Positions 33,983 through 36,822 of a DNA stretch of 36,822 bases are shown one piece after another. A program made the position numbers and the translations under genes. Source of the DNA: a virus (Duplodnaviria; Caudoviricetes). Location of the stretch: positions 1-36,822 of IMG/VR virus record IMGVR_UViG_3300037419_000253; one strand, written 5' to 3'. Positions within the stretch are counted from its first letter, which is position 1; the number at the start of each line of letters is the position of its first letter. A model generated the notes under the pieces. It was not told the origin of the DNA. It did not search any database and was given only the letters and a program-made list of their open reading frames with translations.

Positions 33983-36822
33983 ATAAGTTTAAAACCGAAA
34001 AAAGTATCACTTCATTTAGCTAAACCGAATATGCAAATTATAACTAAATTGAGCGAAGCTTATAATATTAAATATGATGAAAAACTAACAGAATTAAGCG
34101 AATTATCTTTCTCTATTCCGTTTCGAGTGGATAATTACTTAGATATTACACCAAATGAAAATATACCATTAGTCAAAGAAAAATATTTAGTAAAGTTAAC
34201 ATATAATGGTAAAACTCAATGGTTTGAAATTGATGAGATTACAGATAGTGCAAATGATATAGATACCAAAGATGTGCATTGTTTCTTATTACCAAAACAA
34301 TTATCAGATAAAAATATTCGTCTATATGATTCTGAAACATCTAAAAATGCAGACGATATTTTAGTAGAATTACTAGAAGAATCTGTATGGGGTGTAGGAT
34401 ATGTAGATAGTTTATATTCAGTAACAACATATCGAAATATTCAAATAGATTCTGCAACTCTATTAGATGCAATTATTCAAGTGGCAGAATCATTTAATGC
34501 TTTAATTGTTTGGGATACAGTTAATCGAACAGTTAATTTTTATCAACCTCAAAATATTGGAAGAGACACAGGTATGACATTTAGTTACAGAAAATATCTA
34601 CAATCTCTTTCACAAGAAACTAAAATAGATGGTATGGTAACTAGATTAAAAGTGTATGGTAAAGATGGGTTGACAATTAATAGTGCTAATCCATTGGGAA
34701 CTAATTTCATAGAAGATTTCAGTTATTTTATGTATCCATTCTCACAAGATGGAAGTGGCAATGTTTTAACACACTCTGATTATATGAGTGATGAATTATG
34801 TAAAGCTATTATTAATCATAACAAATTAATTTCAGATAATCAAACAAATTTTGCAACTTATACTGCAAATTTAAAAACATATCAAACAGATATGACAACT
34901 TTAAATAATCAGATGAGTGTATTAAAAAATGATTTGACGATTATTCAACAAGCATTAGATAGAGCAAATTCATTAGGAGATACTACAACTGCTAGTGCAA
35001 AAATAACAGAAAAAAATAATAAACAAACTGAAATTAATAACAAGCAAACTGAAATCAATAACAAACAAATACAGATTGATGGAGTTAATACACAGATTAA
35101 TAATCTTAAAAACACTTTATCAATTGAATCAAACTTCACACCTCAATTAATAACTGAACGGAATTTATATATTATTGAGAAAGAAGCTACTGACGATAAT
35201 ATCACTAATGTTGATGATTTATATAAAATGGCTCAAGACAAGATTTTAGAAATGAAAACACCTGTTATTTCTGCCACTATCAATATTGTCAACTTTAAAG
35301 AGATGATTACAGAAAGTGATAATTGGGATAGATTAGAAATTGGTGACATAGTTCGAGCAAGACATGAAATTACAGGAATTGACATTAAGGCAAAAGTTAT
35401 TGGAATCTCTTATGATTTTGAAGGTAAATCTATTAGTTTGACAATCTCTAATGTAAAGAAAACAACAAATAAAGGAGATATGTTGCTAGATTTATTATAC
35501 AAAAGTGCCTCAACTAGTAATACTGTAAGTATGAATAAATTTAAATGGGATGTAGCAACAAATATACAAGATACAGTAGATGCTTGGTTTAATGACCAAT
35601 TTGATGCTACAAAACAAACAATTACCGCAGGTATTAATAACTCTGTTGAAATTAGTGGGAAAGGTATTTTAATTAAAAATTCTGATTCTCCTTTAAATAT
35701 GCTAATTGCTCAAAATGGTGTATTAGCACTGACTAATGATGGTGGCAATACATGGAAAACTGCAATTAAACCAACAGGAGTTGTAGCAGAGCAAATAGCA
35801 GGTAAATTAATTGTTGGTATTAACTTATCAATGGAAAATGAAAGTGGTAAATTTAAGTTTGACAAAAATGGAGTTACCATTGATGGTTCTAGTTTAACAG
35901 TTACAGGTGGAATTAAAGAATCTCAACTAGACCCTGCATTATCATTTATTAAAAGTGGAACAGATTATAATGGTGTTAAAATTGATTCTACTAATGGTAT
36001 CGTAATTACCAAATCTAATAATAAGTCTAAAACAATTTTAAATGCAACAAATGGTATTTTAATTAGTAAATCATCTGATGGTACAAACTGGACAAATGTT
36101 TTTAGTGTTGATACAAATGGTGATTTAAATATCACAGGTAATATCACTATGAATGGTGGTAGTATTAATTGGGGTGCTATTACAAAACCAACCTATACTG
36201 CTAGTGATGTTGGTGCAGTAAGCAATTCTCAAACTGCGGTCTTTAATACTTTAACTAATAATGGTACTCTTGGTGGATTGTTCATGAGTGGTGGACAACT
36301 ATATATCAATGCTAGTTATATCAATGCAGGTACTATTAGTGGAGATAAGATTAGTGGTGGAACTATTACAGGTACTATTATTAGTGGTGTTAATATTAAC
36401 GGTTCTAATATTACATCTAAAACAGACGTTGCTACTAATTCTTATGTAGAGTTATATTATAATGAACTACGCTTTTGGAATAGTGGAACTTTGATGATGA
36501 GAATGTTTGCAAATAGTGGAAGCAGTAATTTTCAAATTGTCCCAACCAACAATATATCTGTGGCAGGTCAAGTTAATGCTTCTAGTTTTTCATGTTATAA
36601 CGGTATATACGTTTCTTCGGGTAGTTCAACATTTTACGGTAATGTAACTGTAATGAGTGGTTATACGTTAGATGCACAAGCAATTACAATAGCAGGCTCA
36701 TCTGTTGCAACTCAATCCTACGTAAATTCAAACTATATTGGTTCTTCATGGTTCAACTCACAAGGTTATGCAACTCAATCATGGGTGACATCACAAAATT
36801 ATACACCACCATTTTATTATGG
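33977..36822 (+). CDS. Tal / tail spike hub protein (SPbeta YomG-like), 3'-truncated by the window
   Basis: Missing from the ORF track because no stop occurs. ATG 33977 follows AAGGGGG and reads MAISLKPKKVSLHLAKPN...SELSFSIP...VTRLKVYGKDGLTINSANPLG..., then a coiled coil and a fibre-like C-terminus. Confidence 0.85.
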   Translation, partial: MAISLKPKKVSLHLAKPNMQIITKLSEAYNIKYDEKLTELSELSFSIPFRVDNYLDITPNENIPLVKEKYLVKLTYNGKTQWFEIDEITDSANDIDTKDVHCFLLPKQLSDKNIRLYDSETSKNADDILVELLEESVWGVGYVDSLYSVTTYRNIQIDSATLLDAIIQVAESFNALIVWDTVNRTVNFYQPQNIGRDTGMTFSYRKYLQSLSQETKIDGMVTRLKVYGKDGLTINSANPLGTNFIEDFSYFMYPFSQDGSGNVLTHSDYMSDELCKAIINHNKLISDNQTNFATYTANLKTYQTDMTTLNNQMSVLKNDLTIIQQALDRANSLGDTTTASAKITEKNNKQTEINNKQTEINNKQIQIDGVNTQINNLKNTLSIESNFTPQLITERNLYIIEKEATDDNITNVDDLYKMAQDKILEMKTPVISATINIVNFKEMITESDNWDRLEIGDIVRARHEITGIDIKAKVIGISYDFEGKSISLTISNVKKTTNKGDMLLDLLYKSASTSNTVSMNKFKWDVATNIQDTVDAWFNDQFDATKQTITAGINNSVEISGKGILIKNSDSPLNMLIAQNGVLALTNDGGNTWKTAIKPTGVVAEQIAGKLIVGINLSMENESGKFKFDKNGVTIDGSSLTVTGGIKESQLDPALSFIKSGTDYNGVKIDSTNGIVITKSNNKSKTILNATNGILISKSSDGTNWTNVFSVDTNGDLNITGNITMNGGSINWGAITKPTYTASDVGAVSNSQTAVFNTLTNNGTLGGLFMSGGQLYINASYINAGTISGDKISGGTITGTIISGVNINGSNITSKTDVATNSYVELYYNELRFWNSGTLMMRMFANSGSSNFQIVPTNNISVAGQVNASSFSCYNGIYVSSGSSTFYGNVTVMSGYTLDAQAITIAGSSVATQSYVNSNYIGSSWFNSQGYATQSWVTSQNYTPPFYY

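Noticed and set aside
35017-35068. NNKQTEI repeat in the Tal-like gene as a contingency locus
   Set aside because: Only about 2.5 in-frame heptads with silent differences; an ordinary coiled coil.

Overview
AT-rich, entirely plus-strand virion morphogenesis (late) region of a large Firmicutes siphovirus or prophage. Its gene order recalls the Bacillus phage SPbeta yon/yom cluster (recalled synteny, not a database search): putative small terminase, large terminase, portal, protease/scaffold, decoration protein, major capsid, head-tail connectors, major tail tube, an embedded tyrosine recombinase, tape measure protein (TMP), Dit, about 11.6 kb of fibre/receptor-binding genes, and a Tal/tail-spike gene running off the window end. 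The strongest non-routine signal is that the TMP gene is split by a 1254-nt group I intron (15935-17188). Its P1, P10, P3, P6, P7-P9 pairings can be read from the sequence, and splicing restores an in-frame TMP of about 2202 aa. The intron carries a zinc-finger/Vsr-like homing endonuclease gene with its own perfect TTGACA-N17-TATAAT promoter. Other notable items: an 18-nt motif (ACAAATACAATAAATAAT) repeated four times, ~100-bp direct repeats bracketing an 8.3-kb fibre cassette, a 12-6-12 palindrome near the recombinase, and a probable nested scaffold start.
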